NCBI GenBank assembly: GCA_036986115.1 | Contig: BTQY01000003.1 | Location: 9,091-73,090 of the forward strand | Direction: 5' to 3' | DNA from: Gammaproteobacteria bacterium | Lineage (GTDB): Bacteria > Pseudomonadota > Gammaproteobacteria > BTQY01 | Length of the DNA: 64,000 nt | Translations under genes and position numbers: made by a program | Shown: in pieces, positions 36,249 to 46,892 of the stretch | How positions within the stretch are numbered: the stretch's first letter is position 1 | Layout of the letters: every line of letters begins with the position of its first letter | The notes under the pieces: model-generated | Databases searched by the model: none | The model's input: the letters and a program-made list of their open reading frames with translations, nothing else | Told to the model about the DNA's origin: nothing

Positions 36249-39200
36249 ATGGGCTGGATAAAAGACATTATTTCACCAGAAACTCGGCAGTGGGAAGAGT
36301 TCTACAGAAATCGTTTCCAACACGACCGTATTGTCAGGAGCACGCATGGCGTGAATTGCACAGGTGGTTGTTCCTGGCAGATCCATGTCAAAGACGGGAT
36401 TGTGGTTTGGGAAACACAGCAGCTGGACTATCCGCTGCTTGAAGATTCACTCCCGCCTTATGAACCCCGGGGATGTCAGCGAGGAATATCCTATTCCTGG
36501 TATCTTTATAGTCCACTACGCATCAAGTATCCGTTGATCAGAAGCTCACTGATTGAAGCCTACCGTGAAGAAAAGGAAAAGACGGGTGACCCGTTACTGG
36601 CATGGGAGTCTTTGCAGGCCAATACCGAAAAACGCCGGAAGTATCAAAAGGCGCGTGGTATGGGTGGTTTCATGCGCGCCAGCTGGGATGAAGTGCTCGA
36701 ACTCATGGCGGCCGCGAATATCTATACCGCCAAGAAGTACGGGCCCGACAGGCTTTTCGGTTTTTCGCCGATCCCGGCCATGTCCATGCTCAGTTACGCG
36801 GCAGGCGGACGCTTCCTGCAACTGTTCGGTGGGATCAACCTGAGTTTCTACGATTGGTATTGCGACCTGCCGACCGCCTTCCCCGAGATCTGGGGTGAGC
36901 AGACGGACGTTTGTGAAAGCGCAGACTGGTATAACTCAAAAATGATCGCCGATATGGGGGCGTGTCTGAACATGACGCGCACACCGGATTGCCACTTTTT
37001 TGCAGAATCCAGGCATAACGGCACCAAGGCGGTGGTGTTCTCTCCCGATTTCTCCCAGGTCTGCAAATATGCAGACCAGTGGGTCCCCCTGCATGCCGGC
37101 AGCGATGGCGCGCTCTGGATGGCGGTCTCGCATGTCATCCTGAAAGAATTCCATCATGACAAACAGACCCCTTATTTCCTCGAGTATGCCAAGCAATACA
37201 CCGACAGCGCGTTCCTGGTAAAACTGGAAAAAGACGGCGACCACTATAAACCGGGCCGGCTGCTGCGTGCCAAAGAGCTTGCAGAATATAGAGACATCAG
37301 CAATGGTGACTGGAAATTCGTCAGCTTCGACGAAAATGACAAGCGCCTGGTGGTCCCCAAGGGTTCGATGGGTCATCGCTGGGACAAAGAGCCCGGCAAA
37401 TGGAACATGAAACTCGAAAACACGGTGGACGATAAGCCTTATGATCCCGCGTTGACGTTCCTGAATAACAATGATGCCGTTCTGCAAACTGAGTTTGTTG
37501 AGTGGGGACTCGATAGCAAATCGCTAAGGGGGGTCCCGGTCAAACATGTCAATACCACCTCGGGGACTGAGGCGGTTACCACGGTCTATGATTTGATCAT
37601 GGCCCAATATGGCGTGGGTCGTGGTCTTGAGGGAGATTATCCCGACGACTATACCGACAAGGACGCCGCCTATACCCCCGCATGGCAGGAAATATTTACC
37701 GGCGTGGATTCTAAAACAATTCTTCAGTTTGCCAGGGAATGGGCCAATACCGCCAATATAACCAAGGGTAAATGCATGATTATCATTGGCGCTGGTATTA
37801 ACCACTGGTATCACGCCAACCTGATGTACCGCTCCGGGGCGATGGCCCTGATGTTAAGCGGTTGTGTCGGTCGTAACGGCGGTGGGCTTAACCACTATGT
37901 GGGACAGGAAAAACTCGCGCCGATGGACTCCTGGGGTACGATTGCTTTCGCCAAGGACTGGCACGACGCGGTTCGGCTGCAGCAGGCACCGTTGTGGCAT
38001 TACATCAATACCTGCCAGTATCGTTATGATGGCCAGTATTCCCGATACAACACTGTACCGGACAACGAAATGACCCGCATGCATACGGCGGACACGATCT
38101 TCAAGTCGGTGCGCAACGGCTGGATGCCTTATTACCCGCAGTTTAAAGCCAATCCACTTGAACTTTGCAAAGACGCAATTAACAATGGTGCCACGGATAA
38201 CGAAGGCATCAAAAAGGCCGTCCTGGAAAAACTGAAATCCAAGGAGCTCGAATACTCAATCGCCGACCCCGAGGCCCCGGAAAACCATCCGAGGGTCTGG
38301 TATATCTGGCGAGGCAATGCGATTACCGGCAGCATGAAGGGCCATGAATACTGCTTTAAGCATTACCTGGGTACGCACTCCAATGATATCGGCAAGGATT
38401 CGGAAGATCACACCGAAGAGGTGAAGTGGCATGATGTGGCCCCGGTCGGGAAAATGGACCTGGTGGTGGACCTGAATTTCCGCATGGATTCCTCGGCGCT
38501 GTATTCCGATATCGTGCTGCCGGCGGCTTCCTGGTACGAAAAAGCGGATATGAACAGTACGGATATGCATTCCTTTATCCATCCGTTGTCGGCGGCTATT
38601 GCCCCGGTGTGGGAATCCAAGACGGATTGGGATATTTTCAAGGCACTGGCAAAGGCCACCAGTGAACTGGCGAAGACCCACTTCTCTGAACCACAGAAGG
38701 ACATTGTTGCCGCCCCGTTGGCCCATGACACGGCCGATGAGATAACCCAGCCGGAGATCAAAGACTGGTATAAGGGCGAATGTGAGGCGATCCCCGGCAA
38801 GACCATGCACAAGCTTGCCATCGTCGATCGTGACTACACCAAGCTCTACGAGAAGTACATCACCCTGGGTGACAATATCAGGAAAAAAGGCCTGGGTGCG
38901 CACGGCAATCATTTCATGTGCGAGGCAGAGTACGATGAGATGATTGAATCTAACCATTTCCCGACGCGGGAGTTTGAAGGCAAGATCTACCCCTCTATCG
39001 AGGAGGATGAATGGGCCTGCAATGCGGTGCTCCATCTCTCTACCCTGACCAACGGCAAGTTGACGGTCCGGGCCTATGAAAATATGGAGAAGAAGACCGG
39101 CCTGGATCTGGTCCATCTGGGAAAAGGCAGTGAGGACGTGAAGATTCGTTACGCGGATCTGCAGGCGCAGCCGAGGCGATACAACACCTCTCCGCTGTGG

Positions 39201-39863
39201 TCCGGCCTGATGAATGAGGGCAGGGCATACTGTGCCTATACCTATAACTACGACATGCTGGTGCCGTGGAGGACCTTGACCGGTCGCCAGCATTTTTATC
39301 TCGACCATGAAATGTACATTGGTTATGGCGAGAATCTCCCAACCTACAAACCGGCACCAAAGCCGGAGGTTTACGGAGATTTGAAGGAAACCCTGAAGAA
39401 TGGTGATGCCCTGATACTTAACTATCTCACCCCCCATGGTAAATGGCATATCCATTCAACCTATATGGAGAACCTGCGCATGCTGACGCTGTCCCGCGGT
39501 TGTGAGCCCTGCTGGATGAGCGAAGTCGATGCCGAAACGATGGGTATACAGGACAACGACTGGGTCGAGGTGCATAACGACCACGGTGTCTATTGTACCC
39601 GGGCGGTGGTGAGTGCACGCATTCCTCGCGGGGTCTGTATTGTGTATCACGTACCGGAAAGGACCGTGGGCATTCCGAAATCTCAACTTCGTGGCGGCCG
39701 GCGTGGTGGTGGCCATAACAGTGTGACGCGAATTCATCTGAAGCCCAATTACCTGTCTGGTGGCTATGGTCAATTCAGCTATCACTTTAATTACTGGGGC
39801 CCGATTGCTCCACAAAGGGACACTCACGTAGTTATTAAGAGAATGGATAAAGTGGTTTTTTAA
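36249..39863 (+). CDS. narG: Respiratory nitrate reductase alpha subunit (cytoplasm-facing, no Tat signal)
   Basis: 1204 aa. [26 protein letters not shown] is the FS0 H-x3-C-x3-C motif. The protein is collinear with E. coli NarG through [18 protein letters not shown]. Confidence 0.95.
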   Translation: MGWIKDIISPETRQWEEFYRNRFQHDRIVRSTHGVNCTGGCSWQIHVKDGIVVWETQQLDYPLLEDSLPPYEPRGCQRGISYSWYLYSPLRIKYPLIRSSLIEAYREEKEKTGDPLLAWESLQANTEKRRKYQKARGMGGFMRASWDEVLELMAAANIYTAKKYGPDRLFGFSPIPAMSMLSYAAGGRFLQLFGGINLSFYDWYCDLPTAFPEIWGEQTDVCESADWYNSKMIADMGACLNMTRTPDCHFFAESRHNGTKAVVFSPDFSQVCKYADQWVPLHAGSDGALWMAVSHVILKEFHHDKQTPYFLEYAKQYTDSAFLVKLEKDGDHYKPGRLLRAKELAEYRDISNGDWKFVSFDENDKRLVVPKGSMGHRWDKEPGKWNMKLENTVDDKPYDPALTFLNNNDAVLQTEFVEWGLDSKSLRGVPVKHVNTTSGTEAVTTVYDLIMAQYGVGRGLEGDYPDDYTDKDAAYTPAWQEIFTGVDSKTILQFAREWANTANITKGKCMIIIGAGINHWYHANLMYRSGAMALMLSGCVGRNGGGLNHYVGQEKLAPMDSWGTIAFAKDWHDAVRLQQAPLWHYINTCQYRYDGQYSRYNTVPDNEMTRMHTADTIFKSVRNGWMPYYPQFKANPLELCKDAINNGATDNEGIKKAVLEKLKSKELEYSIADPEAPENHPRVWYIWRGNAITGSMKGHEYCFKHYLGTHSNDIGKDSEDHTEEVKWHDVAPVGKMDLVVDLNFRMDSSALYSDIVLPAASWYEKADMNSTDMHSFIHPLSAAIAPVWESKTDWDIFKALAKATSELAKTHFSEPQKDIVAAPLAHDTADEITQPEIKDWYKGECEAIPGKTMHKLAIVDRDYTKLYEKYITLGDNIRKKGLGAHGNHFMCEAEYDEMIESNHFPTREFEGKIYPSIEEDEWACNAVLHLSTLTNGKLTVRAYENMEKKTGLDLVHLGKGSEDVKIRYADLQAQPRRYNTSPLWSGLMNEGRAYCAYTYNYDMLVPWRTLTGRQHFYLDHEMYIGYGENLPTYKPAPKPEVYGDLKETLKNGDALILNYLTPHGKWHIHSTYMENLRMLTLSRGCEPCWMSEVDAETMGIQDNDWVEVHNDHGVYCTRAVVSARIPRGVCIVYHVPERTVGIPKSQLRGGRRGGGHNSVTRIHLKPNYLSGGYGQFSYHFNYWGPIAPQRDTHVVIKRMDKVVF

Positions 39864-39899
39864 ATTCTTTAAAGTCAAATATTAAGTAGGAAAAAAAAG

Positions 39900-41453
39900 A
39901 TGGATATACGATCACAGATTTCTATGGTGTTTCATTTAGATAAATGCATCGGTTGCCATACCTGCTCGATTGCCTGCAAGAATATCTGGACAGACCGCAA
40001 AGGCGCCGAGTACATGTGGTGGAACAATGTAGAGACCAAACCGGGTACCGGCTATCCGGGAAAATGGGAAGATCAGGATATCTATAAAGGCGGCTGGGAA
40101 AAGAAGGGTAACGATATCAAATTAAGAGGGGCGGGCAAGAAAAAAGGCCTGAGCAATATTTTTCACAATCCCCATCTGCCGGTAATCGATGATTACTATG
40201 AGCCCTTTACCTATAAATATCTGGATCTGATTGAATCACCCGCGAGTGAAGATCAACCGACGGCCCGTCCGGTTTCCCTGATTACCGGTCAACCCATGGA
40301 CATCAAGATGGGTCCAAACTGGGATGACGATTTAAGTGGCACGCCGGATTATGCCAGGAATGATGTCAACATGAAGAATCTTACGCCTGCAGAGCAACAG
40401 GCGATGTTTCAACTGGAGAAGATGGCTTTTTTCTACCTGCCCAGAATTTGTAATCATTGTTTGAATCCAGGCTGTGTTGCATCTTGTCCTTCAGGTGCGA
40501 TATATAAGCGAGGGGAAGACGGCATTGTTCTGATTAACCAGAAGGTCTGCCGTGCCTGGCGCATGTGTGTCACTGCCTGCCCTTATAAAAAGGCGTATTA
40601 CAACTGGCATACCGGTAAGTCCGAGAAATGCATACTTTGTTATCCTCGCATTGAGGCGGGTTATGCGCCTGCCTGCATGCACTCCTGTGTCGGTCGTATC
40701 CGTTACCTGGGTGTCATGCTTTATGATGCTGACCGGATCCATGAAATTGCATCAGTGGACAAGGACAAGCTGATCGATCAGCAGTTGGACATGCTGATGG
40801 ATCCTTTTGATGAGGAAGTCATTGCATCGGCCAAAAAGAACGGCGTCGCAGATTCAACCATCAGGGCAGCGCAAAAATCACCTATTTACAAGTTCGTGAA
40901 AAAGTGGGGAATGGCCCTGCCGCTGCATGCCGAATTCCGCACCTTGCCGATGCTGTTCTACGTGCCACCATTGCTGCCTGTCATGGCATCACTAACTACT
41001 GTCGATAATTCTGAACAGGCGGAAAAACTGGGTGATATTTCCAAGTACTGGCCGGATAAATGGCTTTACGATACCAGTACCGAAGAACTCTGGGGGACCG
41101 TTGAACAGGCCCGTTTCCCCATGCAGTACATGGCCAATCTGTTTAGTGCGGGCGATACGGAAATGATCAAATTGCGCATCAAAAAATTAATGGCGGTAAG
41201 AATACACCGGAGATGGAAAACAGTCGGAGATATACCTGAAGAAAGGGCCAGGCAGGTACTGAAAGACGTCGGGCTTACGCCAGAGAGTGCAGATGAGATC
41301 TATTATTTGACCTCGCTTGCCAAGTTTGATGATCGGTTCGTGGTGCCTGCAGCGCATAGGGAACATGCCATCGAAATGATGGAAAACACAGGCGATGTAA
41401 AGGGAAGCACCGGATTTGGTTTCAAGGAAGGTACGGCAAAGAGGGGATTGTAA
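39900..41453 (+). CDS. narH: Respiratory nitrate reductase beta subunit
   Basis: Four Fe-S cysteine groups are present: CIGCHTCSIAC, CNHCLNPGCVASCP, CRAWRMCVTACP (Trp-containing 3Fe-4S group) and CILCYPR..CMHSC. Confidence 0.95.
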   Translation: MDIRSQISMVFHLDKCIGCHTCSIACKNIWTDRKGAEYMWWNNVETKPGTGYPGKWEDQDIYKGGWEKKGNDIKLRGAGKKKGLSNIFHNPHLPVIDDYYEPFTYKYLDLIESPASEDQPTARPVSLITGQPMDIKMGPNWDDDLSGTPDYARNDVNMKNLTPAEQQAMFQLEKMAFFYLPRICNHCLNPGCVASCPSGAIYKRGEDGIVLINQKVCRAWRMCVTACPYKKAYYNWHTGKSEKCILCYPRIEAGYAPACMHSCVGRIRYLGVMLYDADRIHEIASVDKDKLIDQQLDMLMDPFDEEVIASAKKNGVADSTIRAAQKSPIYKFVKKWGMALPLHAEFRTLPMLFYVPPLLPVMASLTTVDNSEQAEKLGDISKYWPDKWLYDTSTEELWGTVEQARFPMQYMANLFSAGDTEMIKLRIKKLMAVRIHRRWKTVGDIPEERARQVLKDVGLTPESADEIYYLTSLAKFDDRFVVPAAHREHAIEMMENTGDVKGSTGFGFKEGTAKRGL

Positions 41454-41454
41454 A

Positions 41455-42177
41455 GTGAAGTTATTAGCCCACTATCACTCGATGGCAGATTTGTTTGTAT
41501 ATCCTGATCTTGAGTTTCCGAAAAAGGTCAGGAAGACAATAAATCTTCTAAATGGAAATTACCCGCAAGCGGTCGCCGAGCTTGAGCGGTTCCTGGATCT
41601 CCTTCCGGAAAAGGAATTGAGGACAATGCAGGAATTATTTACCCGCACATTTGATGTCCAGTCAGCCACTACTCTGGATATTGGTTATGTCCTTTTTGGA
41701 GACGACTACAAAAGGGGTGAACTACTGGCCAATCTGAACCGGGAACATCTTGCTGTCAATAATGATTGCCGACACGAACTGGCTGACCATCTTCCCAACC
41801 TTTTACGACTGATGGGGAAATTGAAAGATGATGAGCTGACCGACGAACTGGTGCAGGAAATCATTGCGCCTGCTCTTTCAATGATGATCAGTGAATTCGT
41901 TCCGGAACGTGTAGAAAAGAAGAATGAGGCCTACAAGAAACACTTCAAGACCCTGATTGAATCGCCTTCTGAACGACGGGAGGTTACAACGCTTTACCAG
42001 TACGCACTAAAGGCATTATACGCTGTGCTTAAGCAGGATTTCTCATTTAACGAAGAGACCATGTCGAAACCGACGAGTGATTTCTTACAATCGGTAATAA
42101 AAGAAAATGAGATAGAAGTAAGAGCAGAGAAATCTGGCGCCAGTTTTTCAGACACTTGTACTATAGGACAGAGGTAA
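41455..42177 (+). CDS. narJ: Nitrate reductase molybdenum-cofactor assembly chaperone
   Basis: Its position between narH and narI, a size of about 240 aa and its acidic helical character. A GTG start 1 nt after the narH stop was chosen over the overlapping upstream start. Confidence 0.8.
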   Translation: MKLLAHYHSMADLFVYPDLEFPKKVRKTINLLNGNYPQAVAELERFLDLLPEKELRTMQELFTRTFDVQSATTLDIGYVLFGDDYKRGELLANLNREHLAVNNDCRHELADHLPNLLRLMGKLKDDELTDELVQEIIAPALSMMISEFVPERVEKKNEAYKKHFKTLIESPSERREVTTLYQYALKALYAVLKQDFSFNEETMSKPTSDFLQSVIKENEIEVRAEKSGASFSDTCTIGQR

Positions 42178-42181
42178 TATC

Positions 42182-42910
42182 ATGACTTCAATGAACAACT
42201 TCCTGTTTATTGCATTCCCCTACATCGCCATTGCTGTTTTTATTGTTGGGGTGATCTACCGCTATAAATCGAACTCATTTAAATATTCGAGTTTGTCCTC
42301 ACAGTTTCTCGAGGGAAAAATCGTTTTTTGGGGTATCGTTCCTTTCCATTTTGGAATAATACTGATATTCCTCGGACATTTACTGGTCTTTTTATTACCG
42401 GAAGATGTGTTGCGATGGAACAGTAATCCTGTCCGCCTCATCCTGCATGAAGGGATCGGCTTTACCTTCGGCATATCCATATTGCTAGGGTTGACGATCT
42501 TGATAGTCAGACGATGGTCTAATGCAAGATTGCAAATGGTCACCAATCGGATGGATGTTGCCATCGAAGTAATATTACTGGCTCAAATTATCCTGGGTCT
42601 CTGGATTGCACTGGGTTATCGTTGGGGGTCATCGTGGTTTGCGGCCGATCTCTCGCCTTATTTATGGTCTATTTTCAAGTTTGACCCACAGATCGAGGCA
42701 GTCAGTGCCCTGCCTGTTGTGATCAAGCTTCATATCATCGGCGCGTTCCTGATTTTTCTTTTAATCCCCTTCACGCGTTTGGTGCATTTTCTGGTAGCAC
42801 CTTTCCATTATATCTGGCGCCGGTATCAGGTTGTTATGTGGAATTGGGACAAGGATCGGGTCCGCAAACCCAGCACAGCATGGCAGGCTACCCGGCCAAA
42901 GAATAACTAG
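42182..42910 (+). CDS. narI: Respiratory nitrate reductase gamma subunit (dihaem b, quinol oxidising)
   Basis: 242 aa with five TM helices and conserved His-containing helices (GIVPFHFGI, KLHIIGAF, RLVHF). Confidence 0.9.
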   Translation: MTSMNNFLFIAFPYIAIAVFIVGVIYRYKSNSFKYSSLSSQFLEGKIVFWGIVPFHFGIILIFLGHLLVFLLPEDVLRWNSNPVRLILHEGIGFTFGISILLGLTILIVRRWSNARLQMVTNRMDVAIEVILLAQIILGLWIALGYRWGSSWFAADLSPYLWSIFKFDPQIEAVSALPVVIKLHIIGAFLIFLLIPFTRLVHFLVAPFHYIWRRYQVVMWNWDKDRVRKPSTAWQATRPKNN

Positions 42911-42935
42911 AGTGATGGCCTGATAAGGTATCATC

Positions 42936-44417
42936 GTGGAACAAATTGCAACTGCCAAGTCACATAAGGCCCTGTTTTTAAACACCACGGCATTTACCAT
43001 TTGTTTTGCGGTATGGATGCTGAATGGCGTGCTGGTGACTTTTCTGGCCTCCAATCAGGTATTTGACTGGGGGCCCGTGGAAATCGGCTGGTTGATGGGT
43101 ATCCCGGTACTGACGGGTTCGATATTTCGCCTGCCTGCGGGAATGCTGACGGACAAGTTTGGCGGCAAACCTGTTTATTCGTCATTGCTCTTCATAGTCG
43201 CTGTACCGATGTATATGCTGTCTTATGCAGACAGTTTTTGGGAATTTGCCGTTCTTGGTTTTGGTTTTGGCTTGGCCGGGGTGAGTTTCGCCATTGGCAT
43301 TGCCTACACCTCCGTATGGTATCCGCAAAAAAATCAGGGCACGGCCCTGGGCATCTTTGGTGCGGGAAACGCGGGGGCGGCATTGACCCTGGTCTTTGCA
43401 CCAACGCTGTTGAACATGTTTACTGATAATGGCACCAATATTGAAGGCTGGCGTGAGTTGCCCAAATATTATGCCTACATGCTGATCGTCATGGGCACCC
43501 TGTTTTTAATCTTTGCCGAAAATAAAAAACCCGCCTCCCATGGAAAAAGCATGAAAGAAATGTTGCGGCCATTAAAAGATCTGCGGGTGTGGCGTTTTGG
43601 TCTGTATTATTTTCTGGTCTTTGGCTGCTTTGTCGCCTTTTCGCAGTGGCTGGTGCCCTACTTCGTCAATGTGTATTACATGCCCCTGGTGACGGCTGGT
43701 ATCCTGGCCGCCCTGTTCAGCTTCCCCTCCGGGGTGATCCGGGCCGCAGGAGGCTGGGCGGCCGACAGGTGGGGTGGCCGGGCGGTGATGTACTGGGTCC
43801 TGGGCCTGTCCGTGGCCATTAGTTTCATGTTGATTGTACCGAAAATGGACATCTACTCCCCCGGCAAGGGGATTATGAACAAGATTCCAGGTACGGTGAC
43901 TGAAGTCACCAAGCAATATGTCACTGTCGGCGAGAAAAAATATCCCCTCAAGATTAACGACCGGTCATTTGAAGAACTGGACGATGACATTGTGGTCTTT
44001 CCAACCAAATCCACCTGGCAGGAACCCGTTGTGGAGGTAGGCCAACAGGTCAAGCGCAGAGAACTGCTCGCCAAGGGTGTCACCCGGATCTACTTCCAGG
44101 CTAATGTGTGGATCTTTGCGGGCTTTGTGCTTGTATTAGGCAGTGTCTGGGGGGTTGGTAAGGCCGCCGTGTACCGGCTTATCCCCGATTACTATCCTGA
44201 GGAAGTCGGTGTAGTCGGCGGGATGGTGGGCGTGCTTGGCGGCCTGGGAGGGTTTTTCAGCCCCATTATATTCGGATATTTATTAGAGTATACGGGCCTG
44301 TGGACCAGCGCCTGGATGTTTATATGGGTCCTCTCGGTCGTCTGCCTGTTCTGGATGCACAATACGATTATGCGTATGGAGCGTAAGGAGCACCCGGAGG
44401 ATGAATTCAAGATCTGA
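42936..44417 (+). CDS. narK1: NarK1-type MFS nitrate/nitrite transporter with a hydrophilic insertion of about 85 aa between TM9 and TM10
   Basis: NNP-family motifs (GIFGAGNAGAALT; GGMVGVLGGLGGFF). The insertion is IYSPGKG..KGVTRIYFQAN at nt 43845-44099. Confidence 0.85.
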   Translation: MEQIATAKSHKALFLNTTAFTICFAVWMLNGVLVTFLASNQVFDWGPVEIGWLMGIPVLTGSIFRLPAGMLTDKFGGKPVYSSLLFIVAVPMYMLSYADSFWEFAVLGFGFGLAGVSFAIGIAYTSVWYPQKNQGTALGIFGAGNAGAALTLVFAPTLLNMFTDNGTNIEGWRELPKYYAYMLIVMGTLFLIFAENKKPASHGKSMKEMLRPLKDLRVWRFGLYYFLVFGCFVAFSQWLVPYFVNVYYMPLVTAGILAALFSFPSGVIRAAGGWAADRWGGRAVMYWVLGLSVAISFMLIVPKMDIYSPGKGIMNKIPGTVTEVTKQYVTVGEKKYPLKINDRSFEELDDDIVVFPTKSTWQEPVVEVGQQVKRRELLAKGVTRIYFQANVWIFAGFVLVLGSVWGVGKAAVYRLIPDYYPEEVGVVGGMVGVLGGLGGFFSPIIFGYLLEYTGLWTSAWMFIWVLSVVCLFWMHNTIMRMERKEHPEDEFKI

Positions 44418-44470
44418 TGTGTGAAAACACGCCGACAGAAATACAAAATAACTTATGAGCAGGCTAAATA

Positions 44471-46075
44471 ATGAGTAATATCACAAAGTGGGAAGTCGAA
44501 GATAATGAGTTCTGGGAATCCACCGGAAAGAAGATAGCAGCGCGAAATCTCTGGATCTCCATCCCCAGTCTTTTGTGCGGATTCGCCGTCTGGCTGATGT
44601 GGGGCATCATCACCGTACAGATGCTCAATCTGGGGTTTCCGTTTTCAAAAGTAGAACTGTTTACGCTCATGTCTATTGCCGGTTTGACCGGTGCCACCCT
44701 GAGGATCCCCAGCACTTTCTTCATTCGCATCGCTGGTGGTAGAAATACGATTTTCTTCACCACGGCCTTGTTGATGATTCCCGCCATTGGCGCCGGCATT
44801 GCGCTACAGGATAAAGATACACCGCTGTGGGTTTTTCAGATCCTGGCCCTGCTCTCCGGCTTTGGTGGCGGCAACTTTGCCTCTTCCATGTCAAACATCA
44901 GCTTCTTTTTCCCGAAACGCGTGCAAGGGACCTCCCTGGGACTCAATGCGGGGTTGGGAAACTTCGGCGTTACCACCATGCAGATCCTGATACCGTTGAT
45001 GATGACCGTCAGTGTGTTTGGCGGTGATGCAATGGTCCTGGTCAACAGCAGTGGCACCCTGATTGGAAAAATTGCCGCCGGAACCGACACCTATATTCAA
45101 AATGCCGGATATCTCTGGCTGCTGTTCCTGGTTCCGCTTGCCTTTGCCGGCTGGTTTGGCATGAACAATCTTGTCACCGAAACCGTTACGCCGCACCCGG
45201 GTTCACCCATTTCCGCGTTCATGAAAATCTCCGGGCTACTATCTATTGCCCTGGTGACTGCCGCCGTGGGCCTGTATCTGCTTCTGCCTGCCCCGACCGG
45301 GATAGGACTGCTAAGTAAGTGGATTGTGTTACCGCTGGTGATTATCGCGACAGTGTTGCTGATGCGCTATCTCACCACGGGCGGACTGCAGCAAAACCTG
45401 AAGCGACAATATAAAATCTTTAACAATAAACACACCTGGGCCATGACGGTGATTTATACTATGACCTTTGGTTCGTTTATTGGTTATTCGGCGGCCTTCC
45501 CGTTGGCGATCAAGGTAATCTTCGGGTATACCCACGTGGCGGGACCTGATGGCGTACTCGTACATGATGCCGTTAATCCTAATGGGCCCAGTGCCCTGAT
45601 GTATGCCTGGATGGGCCCGTTCATCGGTGCCTTGATCCGGCCAGTGGGAGGCAAGATTGCCGATAAGATCGGGGGCGCGAAGGTCACCCAGATCGTTTCC
45701 ATCGTCATGATCGCATCCGCCCTGGGCGTAGCTTATTTCATGGCCGCGGCCTACAAATCGGCCACCCCGGAGCAATATTTCTGGCCATTCTTTGGTTTGT
45801 TTATTGTTTTATTCACCGCCACGGGCGTAGGTAATGGCTCAACGTTCAGGACCATCTCCCAGGTATTCAATGCAGAGCAGGCGGGACCGGTACTGGGCTG
45901 GACATCGGCCGTTGCCGCCTACGGTGCCTTTATTATCCCCAAGGTCTTTGGTGAACAAATCAAGGCCGTGACTCCGGAATATGCATTGTATGGATTTGCC
46001 ATATTCTATGCTATTTGTCTCGCGCTGAACTGGTGGTTCTATATGCGGCCCAATGCCTATGTTAAAAACCCCTGA
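44471..46075 (+). CDS. narK2: NarK2-type MFS nitrate/nitrite antiporter
   Basis: MSNITKWEVEDNEFWESTGKKIAARNLWISIPSLLCGF is the typical NarK2 N-terminus. GLNAGLGNFG and GVGNGSTF are the nitrate signature motifs. Confidence 0.9.
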   Translation: MSNITKWEVEDNEFWESTGKKIAARNLWISIPSLLCGFAVWLMWGIITVQMLNLGFPFSKVELFTLMSIAGLTGATLRIPSTFFIRIAGGRNTIFFTTALLMIPAIGAGIALQDKDTPLWVFQILALLSGFGGGNFASSMSNISFFFPKRVQGTSLGLNAGLGNFGVTTMQILIPLMMTVSVFGGDAMVLVNSSGTLIGKIAAGTDTYIQNAGYLWLLFLVPLAFAGWFGMNNLVTETVTPHPGSPISAFMKISGLLSIALVTAAVGLYLLLPAPTGIGLLSKWIVLPLVIIATVLLMRYLTTGGLQQNLKRQYKIFNNKHTWAMTVIYTMTFGSFIGYSAAFPLAIKVIFGYTHVAGPDGVLVHDAVNPNGPSALMYAWMGPFIGALIRPVGGKIADKIGGAKVTQIVSIVMIASALGVAYFMAAAYKSATPEQYFWPFFGLFIVLFTATGVGNGSTFRTISQVFNAEQAGPVLGWTSAVAAYGAFIIPKVFGEQIKAVTPEYALYGFAIFYAICLALNWWFYMRPNAYVKNP

Positions 46076-46123
46076 CCTGGCTTGTGCTAATTCAGGGTCG
46101 TTGCCCAAGAGTCAAATAGAGCA

Positions 46124-46501
46124 TTGGACAAATCTAAATATTTCTATCGAACGGTAGTCTTTGCCATGCACAAAGATAAAGTGATGCTGGTGGATCTGGA
46201 TAATCCCAAGGAGGAGACGCCGCCACTAGAGTCCTGGCTGGGCGTGGTTGTCTCGTTGGCCGATGGTCAGCATACTATTCAACAGCTTCTCGATTATATG
46301 TCAGAACATTATGGTGGTAAGCCGCCTGATAATCTCGAGGAAACCATCGAATCTGTTATAAAACGACTTACCCAGGGTGAAGTCATCAAACTGGCCGATG
46401 AAGCATTCAAGCTACCATATTATTTATCACGTTCGGCAGACAAGCTGGATATTGAAATGGCCAAACAGGCAATGGCCGATGATGGTTATCGTCAGAGCTA
46501 A
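46124..46501 (+). CDS. Hypothetical small protein with a PqqD/RRE-like winged-helix pattern
   Basis: LESWLGVVVSLADGQHTIQQLLDYMSEHYGG..LEETIESVIKRLTQGEVIKL resembles the PqqD-family pattern. The start is uncertain (TTG at 46124 or ATG at 46166). Confidence 0.45.
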   Translation: MDKSKYFYRTVVFAMHKDKVMLVDLDNPKEETPPLESWLGVVVSLADGQHTIQQLLDYMSEHYGGKPPDNLEETIESVIKRLTQGEVIKLADEAFKLPYYLSRSADKLDIEMAKQAMADDGYRQS

Positions 46502-46505
46502 ATAA

Positions 46506-46838
46506 TTGCAAGGCTCGCAGTTACAACAGAGTCTGAAGTACGCTTCAAGGGAACTCGGTATTGATACTGAGATCCCGTTTACCCTGGACCTTCCCTGTGG
46601 TCGTATTGAGGCCGAAGCACTGCTGAAAGACTTTGGTTACGAATGTGGTGTTGTTATCAATATAAATACCAGCGAACTGGGGGATCTATATAAACATCTT
46701 GCGGACTTTGGCTATGGTGCTACCACATTATCAGAGCCAGGCCATTACGATGAGTATGATTCCGCGAAATGGATGATGCTTTGCAGAGAATGGGGATGGA
46801 GAGGTAATGAAGCCCCACCGGACTGGTATAAAGCGTAA
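46506..46838 (+). CDS. Hypothetical small protein (110 aa)
   Basis: The ORF starts (TTG) 4 nt after the preceding stop. I see no recognisable motifs. Confidence 0.4.
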   Translation: MQGSQLQQSLKYASRELGIDTEIPFTLDLPCGRIEAEALLKDFGYECGVVININTSELGDLYKHLADFGYGATTLSEPGHYDEYDSAKWMMLCREWGWRGNEAPPDWYKA

Positions 46839-46892
46839 GAAGAAGTTGCTTGTCCCCAGATAATTACTATGTTATCAAATAGTTAGATGGTT

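Noticed and set aside
38256-39455. 399-aa antisense ORF inside narG, plus other long antisense ORFs (24035-24943 in pilT, 9158-9871 in algC, 59510-60166 and 61835-62521 in chpA, 27414-28565 in pyrC')
   Set aside because: Each is fully embedded opposite a strongly recognisable gene. The translations are Arg/Ser/Gly/His-rich with no motifs, which is typical of shadow ORFs.
41416-41454. Upstream start of narJ overlapping narH by 38 nt
   Set aside because: The GTG at 41455, directly after the narH stop, gives a normal-length NarJ. The overlapping segment translates to a basic, non-NarJ-like peptide.
46124-46838. RiPP biosynthetic cluster suggested by the PqqD-like ORF
   Set aside because: No radical-SAM, cyclodehydratase, protease or precursor-peptide gene lies nearby. 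The similarity is only pattern-level.
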